A DNA stretch of 64,000 nt from a virus, in the IMG/VR virus record IMGVR_UViG_3300027770_003399, positions 58,121 to 122,120 of that record. One strand, given 5' to 3'. The first letter of the stretch is position 1, and each line of letters opens with the position of its first letter. The translations under genes were made by a program, and so were the position numbers. Below the pieces are notes generated by a model, which was given only the letters and a program-made list of their open reading frames with translations, made no database searches and had not been told where the DNA came from. This document shows, one piece after another, positions 27,535-37,977 of the stretch.

Positions 27535-28353
27535 CTACCAGTAGCATCCACCCTCCAACAATTCTGGTCTCTCTGGAATTTCATGATACATTGGTCTTAT
27601 CCATGATTGAGTACCATACCAATCTTTGTGATGAAACATATCATCCCATCTCTTTCCTCGTATGCCAAATAATAATTGAGTCCCGCCTCCAGTATGTATG
27701 CATGATTTTCCCATAGCTTTAATAAATCTACAAACCTCTAGCGAATATCCTCCAGCTCCGACGACAGCACAATCAAATTCTGCTTTAAGAATCTCTTCTT
27801 TTAATATTTCTATTTTAGTTTGCCAATCTATTGGAGATAGTCCCGTAAGAGCCTCTGAATATCCTACTCCTATCACTACACAGCTTCCTATTTTAGCTCC
27901 GGGCCAAATTTCAGAATATCTATTAACTTGTTGCCCAATAGTATCTTTTAGTTGGGAAACACATAGTACTCTCTTGTCCCCAAGACGATAATGCCATCCA
28001 TCTTCTCCATGATCAAAAGGCTCTATCTGTGAAAAAGAATGTAAAAGTCTTCCGGTTCCCACAGAATCAATAACATATGAGTCCCCATAATCTTTGCACC
28101 AAGGCAGGACATAATCCAGATCTTTTACCGCCAAGAGATAGTTATCGAGCCAGCAAATTAGGCTCTGCTCATTCTTACAATATATTCCAGCATTTATATA
28201 TAGCATATCCTCAACCATGCGTTTTGGAATGCCCGATTTAAGATACTCAGCACAGTGCGAAGCCTCAACACTTCCTAACTTACCAATAGAAATTGGGAGG
28301 TTACTATCTGGGATCAAAAAGGGGCCTAATTTATTTAGATATGCTTCGCTCAT
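27535..28353 (-). CDS. Putative glycosyltransferase (GT-D/DUF1792-like)
   Basis: AVVGAGGYS...IHTGGGTQLLFGIRGKRW. Confidence 0.5.
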   Translation of the reverse strand: MSEAYLNKLGPFLIPDSNLPISIGKLGSVEASHCAEYLKSGIPKRMVEDMLYINAGIYCKNEQSLICWLDNYLLAVKDLDYVLPWCKDYGDSYVIDSVGTGRLLHSFSQIEPFDHGEDGWHYRLGDKRVLCVSQLKDTIGQQVNRYSEIWPGAKIGSCVVIGVGYSEALTGLSPIDWQTKIEILKEEILKAEFDCAVVGAGGYSLEVCRFIKAMGKSCIHTGGGTQLLFGIRGKRWDDMFHHKDWYGTQSWIRPMYHEIPERPELLEGGCYW

Positions 28354-28494
28354 ATTTTTTCCTAGGAAGATACACAATCCTTAATATAATAGAACAGAAC
28401 AAGCATATTGTCAATAAAATAAAATCTGAATAATTAATACTAGAATAGCTCTCTTTATTACCATAAAACCAGAAACAGGCAATGCTTCTACGAA

Positions 28495-28505
28495 GGTGTA
28501 TAATA
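28495..28505 (+). promoter_or_regulatory. GGTGTATA motif
   Basis: Intergenic, before AGGAG and ATG 28533. Confidence 0.5.
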
Positions 28506-28532
28506 TAGAGCTTTATTATAAGGAGCATATTT

Positions 28533-29315
28533 ATGAAAATTTTTTTATCCTTTATTTTATATTTTATAATAACAACTTGCTTATTAGCTGGAACAATACG
28601 ACAAGATACGTCAGACTCTAAGTACCTAGAGTATGGTAAAAAATATATTTCTGTTGTTAAAATAAGCGGATATATGAATATTGTCCATAATTCTACCATG
28701 TCTGTTTTTGAGACGATAGAGAAGGTGGAGACAATAGCTTCTGGATCAGCAGTAGTAATAGATCCTCATTGGATATTAACTGCTGCGCATGTAGTTACCG
28801 ACTCAAATAATCATTTTTTTTATATAGGATCTAAAAAATATACTGTAGACGACATTATAGTTCATCCGTCTTATGATAAAAATAGCAAGATGACTTTTGC
28901 AGATATCGCTCTATGTTACGTCAAAGAAGAGATAGATCTTTCTTTTTATCCTCTTTTATACGACAAAGACGACGAAGTCGGGAAACTGTGTGGACTATGT
29001 GGGTATGGGTCAACAGGATCAGCATCTATGGGGGCTGTCAAGAGCGATGAAAGAAAAAGAGCAGGAAGCAATAAAGTATCTCTTATGACTGATGATCTTT
29101 TGTTCTGCGATATGAGCCGTAGGAATCCCACAGAGCTGGAGTTTTTAATATCTCATGGTGATAGCGGGGGTGGTTTATTTATAAATGGAAAACTAGCGGG
29201 TATTCACTCTTTTGTGTCTGCCTCAGATAAAAAAGCGGATTCTAGTTATGGAGATCAGAGTGGGCATACTAGGATTTCAACATATAAAAGATGGATTGAC
29301 TTTATTGTTAAGTAG
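28533..29315 (+). CDS. Secreted trypsin-like (S1) serine protease
   Basis: Signal peptide, WILTAAHV, ADIAL, GDSGGGL. Confidence 0.92.
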   Translation: MKIFLSFILYFIITTCLLAGTIRQDTSDSKYLEYGKKYISVVKISGYMNIVHNSTMSVFETIEKVETIASGSAVVIDPHWILTAAHVVTDSNNHFFYIGSKKYTVDDIIVHPSYDKNSKMTFADIALCYVKEEIDLSFYPLLYDKDDEVGKLCGLCGYGSTGSASMGAVKSDERKRAGSNKVSLMTDDLLFCDMSRRNPTELEFLISHGDSGGGLFINGKLAGIHSFVSASDKKADSSYGDQSGHTRISTYKRWIDFIVK

Positions 29316-29342
29316 TTCTAATAGCTAGTCTATCTCTTGTTG

Positions 29343-29353
29343 GGTGTATAATA
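29343..29353 (+). promoter_or_regulatory. GGTGTATA motif
   Basis: Intergenic, before ATG 29395. Confidence 0.5.
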
Positions 29354-29394
29354 ATGGGTCTATCTATTGTTTTTTATATACTGGTTTATTTTAA

Positions 29395-29706
29395 ATGAGC
29401 AACATAACAATATTATTAGTAAGTGTTGGATATGTATCAATATATTTTATAGGATTTATAATGGGTAGATTGAATACTTTATCTGGAAATATGTTCAATA
29501 ATGACAATAATATGGTTAAAACTACTAGCTTTTTAAATAGAACGAAGGAGAAGCAGCAGGAGATTATTATAGATACAAAAAAGTATGTTACAGAAATAAA
29601 AACCGATCAATTAATAAAAAGTTTTACAGATTTGGGCGATACAACAGTTAATCAGGATACTATTGCTGGATCAGTTTCTAAATTAAATCAATTAAAAAAG
29701 GGGTGA
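29395..29706 (+). CDS. Small membrane-anchored protein
   Basis: N-terminal TM helix. Confidence 0.6.
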   Translation: MSNITILLVSVGYVSIYFIGFIMGRLNTLSGNMFNNDNNMVKTTSFLNRTKEKQQEIIIDTKKYVTEIKTDQLIKSFTDLGDTTVNQDTIAGSVSKLNQLKKG

Positions 29707-29709
29707 TTT

Positions 29710-30711
29710 ATGGCAAAGGGGTTAGATGTTGGAACGTCATATATTGTTTTATCTAATGAGATTAATAATACTATAGAATATAAAGATTTTAGAGATGCCT
29801 TTTATATTATCAGGCCATCAACTCCTGTTGCGACTAAAATGATAGAGAAGGGGTTGGCCGGTAAGATTTTCGTCAAAGATATAGATGGGTCATTTATAAT
29901 ACTGGGTAATGATGCTATAGAAAAAGCCATAGAAAGAAATGATAGTGCTAAAAGACCCATGTATAAGGGAGTAGTCTCTGCAAAAGAGAAAGATGCTAGA
30001 AAAATATTATCATTTATTTTAAAAGAGGTTGTAGGAAAAGCAGATGAGCCTAATGAAAAATTAGTGTTCTGTATACCTGCTCAACCGATAGATCAACAAG
30101 ACGATGATTTTGATGTTGGCTATCATGAAGATGTTATTAAATCTGTATTAGCAGAATGTGGATATGCTGCTAGAAGTATCAATGAAGCTGAAGCTCTATG
30201 TTATTCAGAATTAGAGAATGATGATTATACGGGTCTTAGCTTGTCTTGGGGTGCTGGCATGGTAAATATATGCATAATGCTTAATGGAGAGCCAACTGTG
30301 ATGTTCTCTACTACAAAAAGTGGAGATTGGATAGATAGAATGAGTGCTATCGCAACAGGGGAGCCTGATAGTGTTGTGCAAGCAGAAAAGGAGCACGGAA
30401 GTTTTATTATTGGACAAGACAACCCAAACCAAGTACTAGCTGCTGTTTCAGCATATTACGAAAGACTAATAGACTATACCACTAAACAACTAACAGCATC
30501 CTTATTACATCATAAGTCTTTGCCGAAGTTCAAAAATCCACTACCTATTGTTGTAGCAGGAGGAACATCTCAAGCAGCAGGGTTTATAGAAGAATTTGAG
30601 AAAAAATTAAAAGAAAATAATTTCCCTCTGGTAATACAACAGGTCAGACACGCAAAAGATCCTCTTCATGCTGTTTCTAGGGGGTGCTTAATAGCATCTA
30701 AAGTTTTATGA
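29710..30711 (+). CDS. Actin-fold (ASKHA) ATPase
   Basis: GLDVGTS phosphate-1, INEAEA connect, SWGAGMVN phosphate-2, VVAGGTS adenosine motif. Confidence 0.8.
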   Translation: MAKGLDVGTSYIVLSNEINNTIEYKDFRDAFYIIRPSTPVATKMIEKGLAGKIFVKDIDGSFIILGNDAIEKAIERNDSAKRPMYKGVVSAKEKDARKILSFILKEVVGKADEPNEKLVFCIPAQPIDQQDDDFDVGYHEDVIKSVLAECGYAARSINEAEALCYSELENDDYTGLSLSWGAGMVNICIMLNGEPTVMFSTTKSGDWIDRMSAIATGEPDSVVQAEKEHGSFIIGQDNPNQVLAAVSAYYERLIDYTTKQLTASLLHHKSLPKFKNPLPIVVAGGTSQAAGFIEEFEKKLKENNFPLVIQQVRHAKDPLHAVSRGCLIASKVL

Positions 30712-31652
30712 TATTTTTTAATAAAAAGAATAAAAAAGGACAAGTCTCTCTTCTTCCTCATACCAGAACAGAGGTATATGGATTAGATCCATCTTCTACA
30801 CAAATGATTGGATGGGAAATAAAAAAATTAAACATAGATAGACAATGGACATACTCAGAAGGAAAGGGTGTCGTTGTTGCCGTAATCGATACTGGTTGTG
30901 ATTTACAGCATGTTGATATAAAAAATAATCTATTGAAGGGAATAAATCTTTTAGACAATTCTAAAGATCCACAGGACGACAATGGTCATGGAAGTCATGT
31001 TTGTGGAATGATAGCTGCCGAAAATAATGGTTTGGGCATGGTTGGTGTTGCTCCACAAGTAAAAATTTTACCTGTTAAAGCTCTAAACTCAAAAGGAGAT
31101 GGCTCTTTACAGGATGTTATTAATGGAATCATCTGGTCAGCAGATGCTGGAGCAGATTTCATTACTATGTCATTAGGGACGAGCAATACTTCGGATGGTC
31201 TTGAGAAGGCAATAGCTTATGCCTCTTTAAAAGGCTCTGTCGTTTTTGCTGCTGCTGGTAATAGTGGAGAAAAGACAGAAATATTGTATCCTGCAAGATA
31301 TAAAAATGTTATATCTATAGGAGCAATAGATGAGCATTTAAATAGGACTTCCTTTACTTGCAGTGGAGAAGACTTAGATTTTTTATCTCCCGGACACAAT
31401 GTTTTTAGTATAGCTCCTAATAATGGCTATGCGATAATGAGTGGAACGAGTATGAGCAATCCGTTTGCTGTTGGGTGTGCTTGCCTATTACTATCTCATA
31501 ACAGGCAGCATAAAAGATTTTCTTTGAGAAGCGCTCAAGATTACATAGATGTTTTGAGCAAGGTCTGTATTGATATTCCTGAAGAAAAATATAGGTCTAG
31601 GAAGTATCAGGGAAACGGTATTATTAAACTAGATTTTACAAAGTTAATATAG
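30708..31652 (+). CDS. Subtilisin-like S8 protease
   Basis: AVIDTG, NGHGSHVCG, SGTSMSNP catalytic triad. Confidence 0.95.
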   Translation: MIFFNKKNKKGQVSLLPHTRTEVYGLDPSSTQMIGWEIKKLNIDRQWTYSEGKGVVVAVIDTGCDLQHVDIKNNLLKGINLLDNSKDPQDDNGHGSHVCGMIAAENNGLGMVGVAPQVKILPVKALNSKGDGSLQDVINGIIWSADAGADFITMSLGTSNTSDGLEKAIAYASLKGSVVFAAAGNSGEKTEILYPARYKNVISIGAIDEHLNRTSFTCSGEDLDFLSPGHNVFSIAPNNGYAIMSGTSMSNPFAVGCACLLLSHNRQHKRFSLRSAQDYIDVLSKVCIDIPEEKYRSRKYQGNGIIKLDFTKLI

Positions 31653-32624
31653 ATCAAGATCAATTTGTATCAAATTTTTACCAAGATTATTAATATCTTT
31701 ACCTTGGTTATGTCTATGAAAAAGATATCCTGATTCCACGCTAAGATAATATCCTAGATTTGGATGGTCAGTATTCTCTATTTCTATAAACATATTGGAA
31801 TATTGTGGGTGCCGATTTATAAAACTATGAAGAGTCCCTATGTCTCCATTAAAATTTTGTAAGAGAATAGTGCTTTCTCTGATATGGTGAGTACTAGAAT
31901 ATAGTTGCTCCAAATATTCATAGAAAGAGTCTTCATCTTTGGACAATAACTGCCAAATAGAATTGTGATAGTTTCCAGTTATCCATTCAGAATAATCTAT
32001 CTTTCCAAAGCTGGGTTGCATAGTAGAGACAAAATCTTTTCCGTGATGAACTATCTGAGCATTTGTTACAAAAGAATTAAAGCCCCTATATGTCATATGG
32101 GGCAAGATATCATCTATAGCCATTCTGTCATTAGAGTAATGAAAATTATTTAAAATATATTCACGGGCTCTCCTATTGATCAGATAACCCCAAGCTCCAG
32201 TAGACTTAAAATTTTTAGATAAGTGAGGAGATATTGGAATACATTTTTTTTTACCATTAAATCCAAGAAGTATAATGTCCCACTCAATAGAATTTATATG
32301 ATCAAATAAAATGGGTAGATACTCGCTTATAGGAGCTGTCTTGGAATTATTTAAAACAAATACTTCTGGATATATCTGAAAATCATCCTCTACAACCAGA
32401 ATAGTTTCAAGATTTTTATCCAAACTATCAGAAAAAACTTTAAGATGGCTAACAGTTGGGGAAGATTGAGGAATATCGGTATTTTTTATTGCTACAGAAT
32501 TGGTGAGTCCCTCTATATTAAAGGTCTTAATCTGATCATTAATATTATTTAGCCTGTCTGTGGATTCTGGAAGGCTTATGAAGAATCCCTTATCGGCAAT
32601 TATAGTTCCATTAATTGATATCAT
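31644..32624 (-). CDS. Glycosyltransferase family 25-like
   Basis: SHLKV...ILVVEDD, GAWGYLIN. Confidence 0.7.
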   Translation of the reverse strand: MISINGTIIADKGFFISLPESTDRLNNINDQIKTFNIEGLTNSVAIKNTDIPQSSPTVSHLKVFSDSLDKNLETILVVEDDFQIYPEVFVLNNSKTAPISEYLPILFDHINSIEWDIILLGFNGKKKCIPISPHLSKNFKSTGAWGYLINRRAREYILNNFHYSNDRMAIDDILPHMTYRGFNSFVTNAQIVHHGKDFVSTMQPSFGKIDYSEWITGNYHNSIWQLLSKDEDSFYEYLEQLYSSTHHIRESTILLQNFNGDIGTLHSFINRHPQYSNMFIEIENTDHPNLGYYLSVESGYLFHRHNQGKDINNLGKNLIQIDLDLY

Positions 32625-33282
32625 TTTTCCCTATCAAAAAATTTAATGATTCTCTGTGTCTATAATTTGCTTCGTCGGCACCATTGAACGGCCAATTTCT
32701 GCTGGCTGTTGGATCAGACACAACATAGTTATGCTCAAAGATTTGAGAGTCTATATATTTATGCTTATTTAATATTTTTGAAACATTCATATATTCATTG
32801 TCGCAGTAAATAGACTTATAGCTAGGATGATATATGTAGTTGAATCTACTATAGTATAGTTTAGTCATAACGCACCCTATGTCTAGTCTTTCTTCCCAAG
32901 ATGGGTTCATATAGTGCAAGCACCCGTCCATATCAGGATGGTATAGCTTCATATCTGAAACTATTCTTTCATCATAACTATCTCGAATAGGATATAGGTC
33001 GTCAGCAGCTAATATTAGAATATCAAAGATTAAATCAGCAGAGATGTCTGAGTTAATCGCTTCTATTTTATTATTATGATCCCCATAAAAATACTGGAGG
33101 TAATTCTTGTGTTGCTCAAGATATTCTTTAGCTTCGGCAGAATTCATCTCCTCGTCATCTTTGTCAAATGAACAAATAAAAGAAATATTATGATTATTAG
33201 ATTTTTTCTCTATGTATCTATTTAGAGAAAACTTGAATTTGTCGAGTCGTCCTCTGGATGGAAACTTAATAAGTATATTCAT
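32611..33282 (-). CDS. GT-A fold glycosyltransferase
   Basis: KFPSRGR, KIEAIN, AADD, YCDNE. Confidence 0.65.
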   Translation of the reverse strand: MNILIKFPSRGRLDKFKFSLNRYIEKKSNNHNISFICSFDKDDEEMNSAEAKEYLEQHKNYLQYFYGDHNNKIEAINSDISADLIFDILILAADDLYPIRDSYDERIVSDMKLYHPDMDGCLHYMNPSWEERLDIGCVMTKLYYSRFNYIYHPSYKSIYCDNEYMNVSKILNKHKYIDSQIFEHNYVVSDPTASRNWPFNGADEANYRHRESLNFLIGKNDIN

Positions 33283-33288
33283 ATAAAA

Positions 33289-33942
33289 TTACAGTAATGA
33301 GTAGTGATCAAATCTTTTATTGTTTTCATCGAATATCTCTCCAACAAAATGCCTGTCTTCCATGTCTGTTGGGAATTTTTTAGAAAAAGATTCTGTACTT
33401 CCATATGAGTCATGAATAAAACAAGTGTCTAGAATCTTTCCATATACGCGTTCTCTTAAAAAAGTCTGATCAACTTGCCAGTAATCCCCAGATGGAAAAT
33501 CCTGAAGAGTAATTCCTATTCTATCTAGTATTTGATTTCTTGCTCCCCACATACCCCCAAGTATAGCAGTATTATGGAATGGGTGGTCTCTCATTATATG
33601 AAAATCTTTGTCAGAAGCAAGCCATTCGTCGACAGCAAGTTTTTCTCTTTGGTTTAATCTTGAATCACAATCTCTAAATATAACAACATCATTTTGTGCT
33701 TCAAGACCAGCGTAGAATCTCCAAAACATACCGCTCCAATCTCCATCATTATCCATAAGGATTACTTCACAATTGGGTATAGATTTAAGATTATTGATTA
33801 TTTCACCCGTAACACTTTTACCACAATAAAACCTTGATACCCAACCTGAATAAATCTCATTTGTTAATTCTGCATTCCTTATTGCACCAATTGTATAAAT
33901 TGGCTTATTTCCCCACAAACTAAATGATATTATTTTACTCAT
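33289..33942 (-). CDS. Putative glycosyltransferase
   Basis: IISFSLWG..Y..GA..N, FRDCDSR, GGMWG, DQTFL. Confidence 0.6.
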   Translation of the reverse strand: MSKIISFSLWGNKPIYTIGAIRNAELTNEIYSGWVSRFYCGKSVTGEIINNLKSIPNCEVILMDNDGDWSGMFWRFYAGLEAQNDVVIFRDCDSRLNQREKLAVDEWLASDKDFHIMRDHPFHNTAILGGMWGARNQILDRIGITLQDFPSGDYWQVDQTFLRERVYGKILDTCFIHDSYGSTESFSKKFPTDMEDRHFVGEIFDENNKRFDHYSLL

Positions 33943-33945
33943 AAA

Positions 33946-34581
33946 TTAATAATTTTTTAAAAAAAGTTTCCAACCATAAATATTTAGATCAATCATCGTG
34001 AAATTATTTTTAATAATTTTATCAATACATTGTTCTGTTCTATTATGATAAAACTGATTATCAAACTGAGATAAAAAATTGTGAAAACTAACACATATTT
34101 GGTCTACAGAATCAAAGTCATTAAAAGAATCAAATAAATCCCATTCAGAGCCTTCTATATTCACCTTTAAAATTGATATTGACTTAATGCCAAATCTAAA
34201 TTTAAAATCAGACCATGTTATTACATAATATTCCCCATTTTCATCAGGTATTATTGACCCCGTAATGCCATCTGAGCTTAAATTAGCTTTGCCTGTAAAT
34301 GTTGATACGAACCCTTTAAATAATTCAGAATGTTCATTTGGACTTTCTTGAGGATCAACCCCAATTACTTTCTTCTTACCAAAAAAATAACCAGCCCAAT
34401 TGTCGCTTTCAATGTCTTCAAAGCTTTTATTCCACCCTAAACAACCCAAGTCAACAATACACCCGTCGTGCATATTAAATCTTGGGTGAACACGACTCCA
34501 AATATTTACATCTTCATTGGGACCTCTTGCATACCAACTAGGTCTTATCTGAACTAATTCATTCTCGACGTTATTTTCCAT
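33946..34581 (-). CDS. FkbM-like methyltransferase
   Basis: IVDLGC, LKVNIEGSEW, QICVSFH. Confidence 0.65.
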   Translation of the reverse strand: MENNVENELVQIRPSWYARGPNEDVNIWSRVHPRFNMHDGCIVDLGCLGWNKSFEDIESDNWAGYFFGKKKVIGVDPQESPNEHSELFKGFVSTFTGKANLSSDGITGSIIPDENGEYYVITWSDFKFRFGIKSISILKVNIEGSEWDLFDSFNDFDSVDQICVSFHNFLSQFDNQFYHNRTEQCIDKIIKNNFTMIDLNIYGWKLFLKNY

Positions 34582-34617
34582 TGTTTCCCCATAAACTAAA
34601 AGATATGATTTTTCTCA

Positions 34618-34899
34618 CTAAAGATTTCCAGCATCTTTTATGATTCCAACAACAAGATTCCTAATAGAGTTTCTTTCGTGATCAGTGTAGCCCATTTTTT
34701 CACATGCTGGCATGTCATAGTCAGCATAATACTTTCTACATATATTATCTATATCAGAAAGACTTACTGTTTTAGGAATATAACAATATTTTTCTTGCAA
34801 ATCCTTCATGGTTCTGATAACTTCATTATCTTCATTATGTTTTAACTGCAGTCTATTGATCAACCAAGCAATAAATTCTTTTCGCTGTATATTAGTCAT
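34618..34899 (-). CDS. Hypothetical protein
   Basis: ORF in the reverse-strand operon. Confidence 0.55.
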   Translation of the reverse strand: MTNIQRKEFIAWLINRLQLKHNEDNEVIRTMKDLQEKYCYIPKTVSLSDIDNICRKYYADYDMPACEKMGYTDHERNSIRNLVVGIIKDAGNL

Positions 34900-35461
34900 G
34901 CTTTGCCTTCAAGACGGGATAATTATAAACATACACAATGTGTTTTGCCCAAATGTCTTCAATCAGATCTGAAATAAAATTCCAATTTCCACCAGCTAGT
35001 CCACTGCCAAATTTTGGAGCATGTATTTCTACTTTTTCTTCCTTATCAGCAAATTCTGAATTATTCTGTATAGATTGAGATAGTCCGAGCATGCACTTAG
35101 CCAAAGCTAAATAATTAAGGGGTCTGGGATTATTATTATTTCTTGTTCCATTTTGAGCTATCATATTCACAATATACATTTTATGCTTATATTTTTTGTC
35201 TTCATAGACCTTAATAATTTGACTGTAGCCAAAATTTGCTTTTAGAAAATTCTTTCCAAGTAAGTGATAGTCTTCTTTTACAGAAGGATATTTATTAGCT
35301 ACCTGCTCAGCAAATCCAGATCCGAATAAGTCTATGTTGTTACAAACGTGCGGGATAAAAACTGTTGCTCCAGAATTTCCAGATTTTACTCTATCTTGTG
35401 CCATCTGAAACAAGTCATTGTTAGATACTATGTATGGGTATTTTCTATTTATTAATCTCAT
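34892..35461 (-). CDS. Macrodomain (ADP-ribose processing) protein
   Basis: IPHVCN...FGSGFA, NMIAQ, PKFGSGLAGGNW. Confidence 0.85.
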   Translation of the reverse strand: MRLINRKYPYIVSNNDLFQMAQDRVKSGNSGATVFIPHVCNNIDLFGSGFAEQVANKYPSVKEDYHLLGKNFLKANFGYSQIIKVYEDKKYKHKMYIVNMIAQNGTRNNNNPRPLNYLALAKCMLGLSQSIQNNSEFADKEEKVEIHAPKFGSGLAGGNWNFISDLIEDIWAKHIVYVYNYPVLKAKHD

Positions 35462-35723
35462 ATTTATTCTCCCTACTATTTATTTCTTTCCATTTTCCTA
35501 TAGGACATTTTTGATCTGCCCATGCTAATTTATTTAAAAATATTTTTCTCTTGCCTATAGAACATCCACAAATATAGCACTCTTGTTTTTTTTTGTTAAA
35601 TTCTACACAATTTTCACATATAGAATATCTCTCTAATATTTGCTCTTTTGTGGACTTAGGAGATCCAGCATAAATATGAAAAAGCAGGGATTTTATAAAT
35701 ACTACTATTTTAAGAAATATCAT
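35445..35723 (-). CDS. Cys-rich small protein
   Basis: R..IC..C...C.ICGC...K......CP.GKW. Confidence 0.6.
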   Translation of the reverse strand: MIFLKIVVFIKSLLFHIYAGSPKSTKEQILERYSICENCVEFNKKKQECYICGCSIGKRKIFLNKLAWADQKCPIGKWKEINSRENKYEINK

Positions 35724-35949
35724 CCTTTATACTCTCTTTAATAGCTACTATATGATTGTCTTCATTAGTATAGAATATGGGTATCTTATTATTGATTATG
35801 TCAGACCCCTTAAACCATCTCATATTACCAGCCTTTAGGTCTACACACAATCTTCTTCCATCATTCTTTTGATCACAGGTGACAATGTACATATTTCCCA
35901 GTAACTCAAAACAATCTCCGTGAGAAAGCTCTTCGATATAATTATTCAT
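35710..35949 (-). CDS. Hypothetical protein
   Basis: ORF overlapping the next gene in the operon. Confidence 0.55.
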   Translation of the reverse strand: MNNYIEELSHGDCFELLGNMYIVTCDQKNDGRRLCVDLKAGNMRWFKGSDIINNKIPIFYTNEDNHIVAIKESIKDDIS

Positions 35950-35989
35950 GATTTATTAGATATCAGATATTAGGATTTATTTGTGACAA

Positions 35990-36172
35990 TTATTTTTTAA
36001 AAAAACTTTCCCAGTCTTCCCATTCGTCGTCTTCTTCTAGGCTTCTCTTCTTTTTCTTGAAATCCTTATTGATCTGCTTCTCCCCATATTCATCCTCATC
36101 AGAATGAGGCTTTCGCTTTTTGTCTTTTTTTCTAGGGATACTTTGTGGTTCGTCTTCGTTGTTCTGATACAT
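35990..36172 (-). CDS. Small charged hypothetical protein (60 aa)
   Basis: ATG 36172 preferred; the listed extension spans a promoter region. Confidence 0.55.
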   Translation of the reverse strand: MYQNNEDEPQSIPRKKDKKRKPHSDEDEYGEKQINKDFKKKKRSLEEDDEWEDWESFFKK

Positions 36173-36249
36173 TTTTCTATTTGGCTCCTGTAGGTTTATT
36201 GTACTAGCTTTTTTGGTTTTGTCAAGTCCGAGAATAAAAAATTTTCCCC

Positions 36250-36277
36250 TTGACAAATCGTAAAAAGGCGTTAGTAT
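36250..36277 (+). promoter_or_regulatory. Sigma70-type promoter for the glycan operon
   Basis: TTGACA-16-TAGTAT in a divergent intergenic region. Confidence 0.6.
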
Positions 36278-36333
36278 TGATGCAGGTCGGGAACATAATA
36301 CGTATAGGTTTATATATACCCCTAGATAATTAC

Positions 36334-37977
36334 ATGAACTCCACAATCGTAACAGGAATCTGGAATTTAGATAGATCTTCTTTATCTGATGGTTGGTGCC
36401 GTCCATTTGACCACTATCTTGATAATTTTACGAAATTACTGGAGTGTAAGAACCTTAATCTGGCGATTTTTATAGATCCAGAACTTGAAGATATGGTGTG
36501 GAAGATAAGGGATAGGTCTAATACTGTTGTTTATCCTCATACTAGCGGATCTTTTAGTGGTGACTTTTTTCCATTTTATGATGAGGTTCAAAAAATACGT
36601 TGTGATCCTAAGTGGTTGAATCAAGTGGGATGGCTTAAAGATAGTACCCAAGCTAAGATCCCAGGATATAATCCTATGGTTATGAGTAAGATGTTTTTAT
36701 TACATAACGTAAAGATATTCAATCCTTTCAACAGTGATTATTTTTATTGGCTAGATGGTGGAATAACTAATACTGTCCACCCAGGATATTTTACCCATGA
36801 CTCTGTGATAGAAAAAATAGAGGACTGTCTATCAAAATTTTTATTCATATGTTTTCCGTATGAAACATCCACAGAAATACATGGTTTTGATATAAATGAA
36901 ATGAAAAAATATGCAAATTCTCCATCTGTAAACAAGGTTGCTCGCGGAGGATTCTTTGGAGGACCAAAAGATCAGATAAGTCAAATCAATGGTATTTATT
37001 ATTCCCTGCTAAAGGATAGTCTTAATTCTGGTCTTATGGGAACTGAAGAAAGTATTTTTACCCTAATGACTTATCTTCACCCAGATCTCTTCTCCTGCGA
37101 AAAGATAGAAGACAATGGACTTATAAATTTATTTTTTGAGAATGTTAAGGATTATAAAACAGATATTCAAATAGAAGCAAAGAATAGGAAGCATGAGAAT
37201 AATAAGATTAGCCTATATATCAACACATATAATGCCCCCGGTCAATTAAAAATGCTCCTAGATTCTTTTGAGAAATATGAACCAAGTTTTCTGGAAAAAA
37301 CAGAAAAAATACTGATCAATAACAGTACGAAAGAAGAATATTTTGATGAGTATGACATTATCGTCAAAAAATATGACTTTGTGCAGATAAGGGAGGGAAA
37401 TTTGGGGATATGCAGAGCTAGACAATTAGCAGCAGAACATTTTGCAGAATCTAAAAATAAATATATGTTCTTTTTTGAAGATGACATGCTCATAGATTTA
37501 TCTGATACCAGGTGTTCATTTGGTTTTAATAAGAATGTAAAGAGCTTGTTTAGTAATCTTGTCAATATTATGAATAAAGAGAACTATGATTTTCTTAAAT
37601 TCAGTTTTAGTGAATTTTATGGAAACAATGGTGAACAATGGAGTTGGCATAATGTTCCCCAGCATTCTAGAGATAAGTTTTTTGAGGGTAAAGACAATAG
37701 GCCAAATACAGTGTTTAAAAATATTAAAAGTCTTAATGAGACAGTTTATGCTGATGGAGAGATTTACTATTCCAACTGGCCTCATATTATAAATCAAGAG
37801 GGTAATCAAAAATGTTTTCTAGATACAAAATGGGCTAATCCCTTTGAACAAACATGGATGAGTCATATGTATTCATTAACAAAAGAAAATATTTTGAATC
37901 CAGCAATCTTACTAGCTAGTCCAATAACCCACAATAGGATATATCATTACGATGCTTGCGAAAGAAAAGAAAACTGA
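36334..37977 (+). CDS. WlaTC/HtrL-like + GT2-like fusion glycosyltransferase
   Basis: TIVTGIWNLDR, FYWLDGG, GTEESIFT; second domain with FFEDDM. Confidence 0.65.
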   Translation: MNSTIVTGIWNLDRSSLSDGWCRPFDHYLDNFTKLLECKNLNLAIFIDPELEDMVWKIRDRSNTVVYPHTSGSFSGDFFPFYDEVQKIRCDPKWLNQVGWLKDSTQAKIPGYNPMVMSKMFLLHNVKIFNPFNSDYFYWLDGGITNTVHPGYFTHDSVIEKIEDCLSKFLFICFPYETSTEIHGFDINEMKKYANSPSVNKVARGGFFGGPKDQISQINGIYYSLLKDSLNSGLMGTEESIFTLMTYLHPDLFSCEKIEDNGLINLFFENVKDYKTDIQIEAKNRKHENNKISLYINTYNAPGQLKMLLDSFEKYEPSFLEKTEKILINNSTKEEYFDEYDIIVKKYDFVQIREGNLGICRARQLAAEHFAESKNKYMFFFEDDMLIDLSDTRCSFGFNKNVKSLFSNLVNIMNKENYDFLKFSFSEFYGNNGEQWSWHNVPQHSRDKFFEGKDNRPNTVFKNIKSLNETVYADGEIYYSNWPHIINQEGNQKCFLDTKWANPFEQTWMSHMYSLTKENILNPAILLASPITHNRIYHYDACERKEN

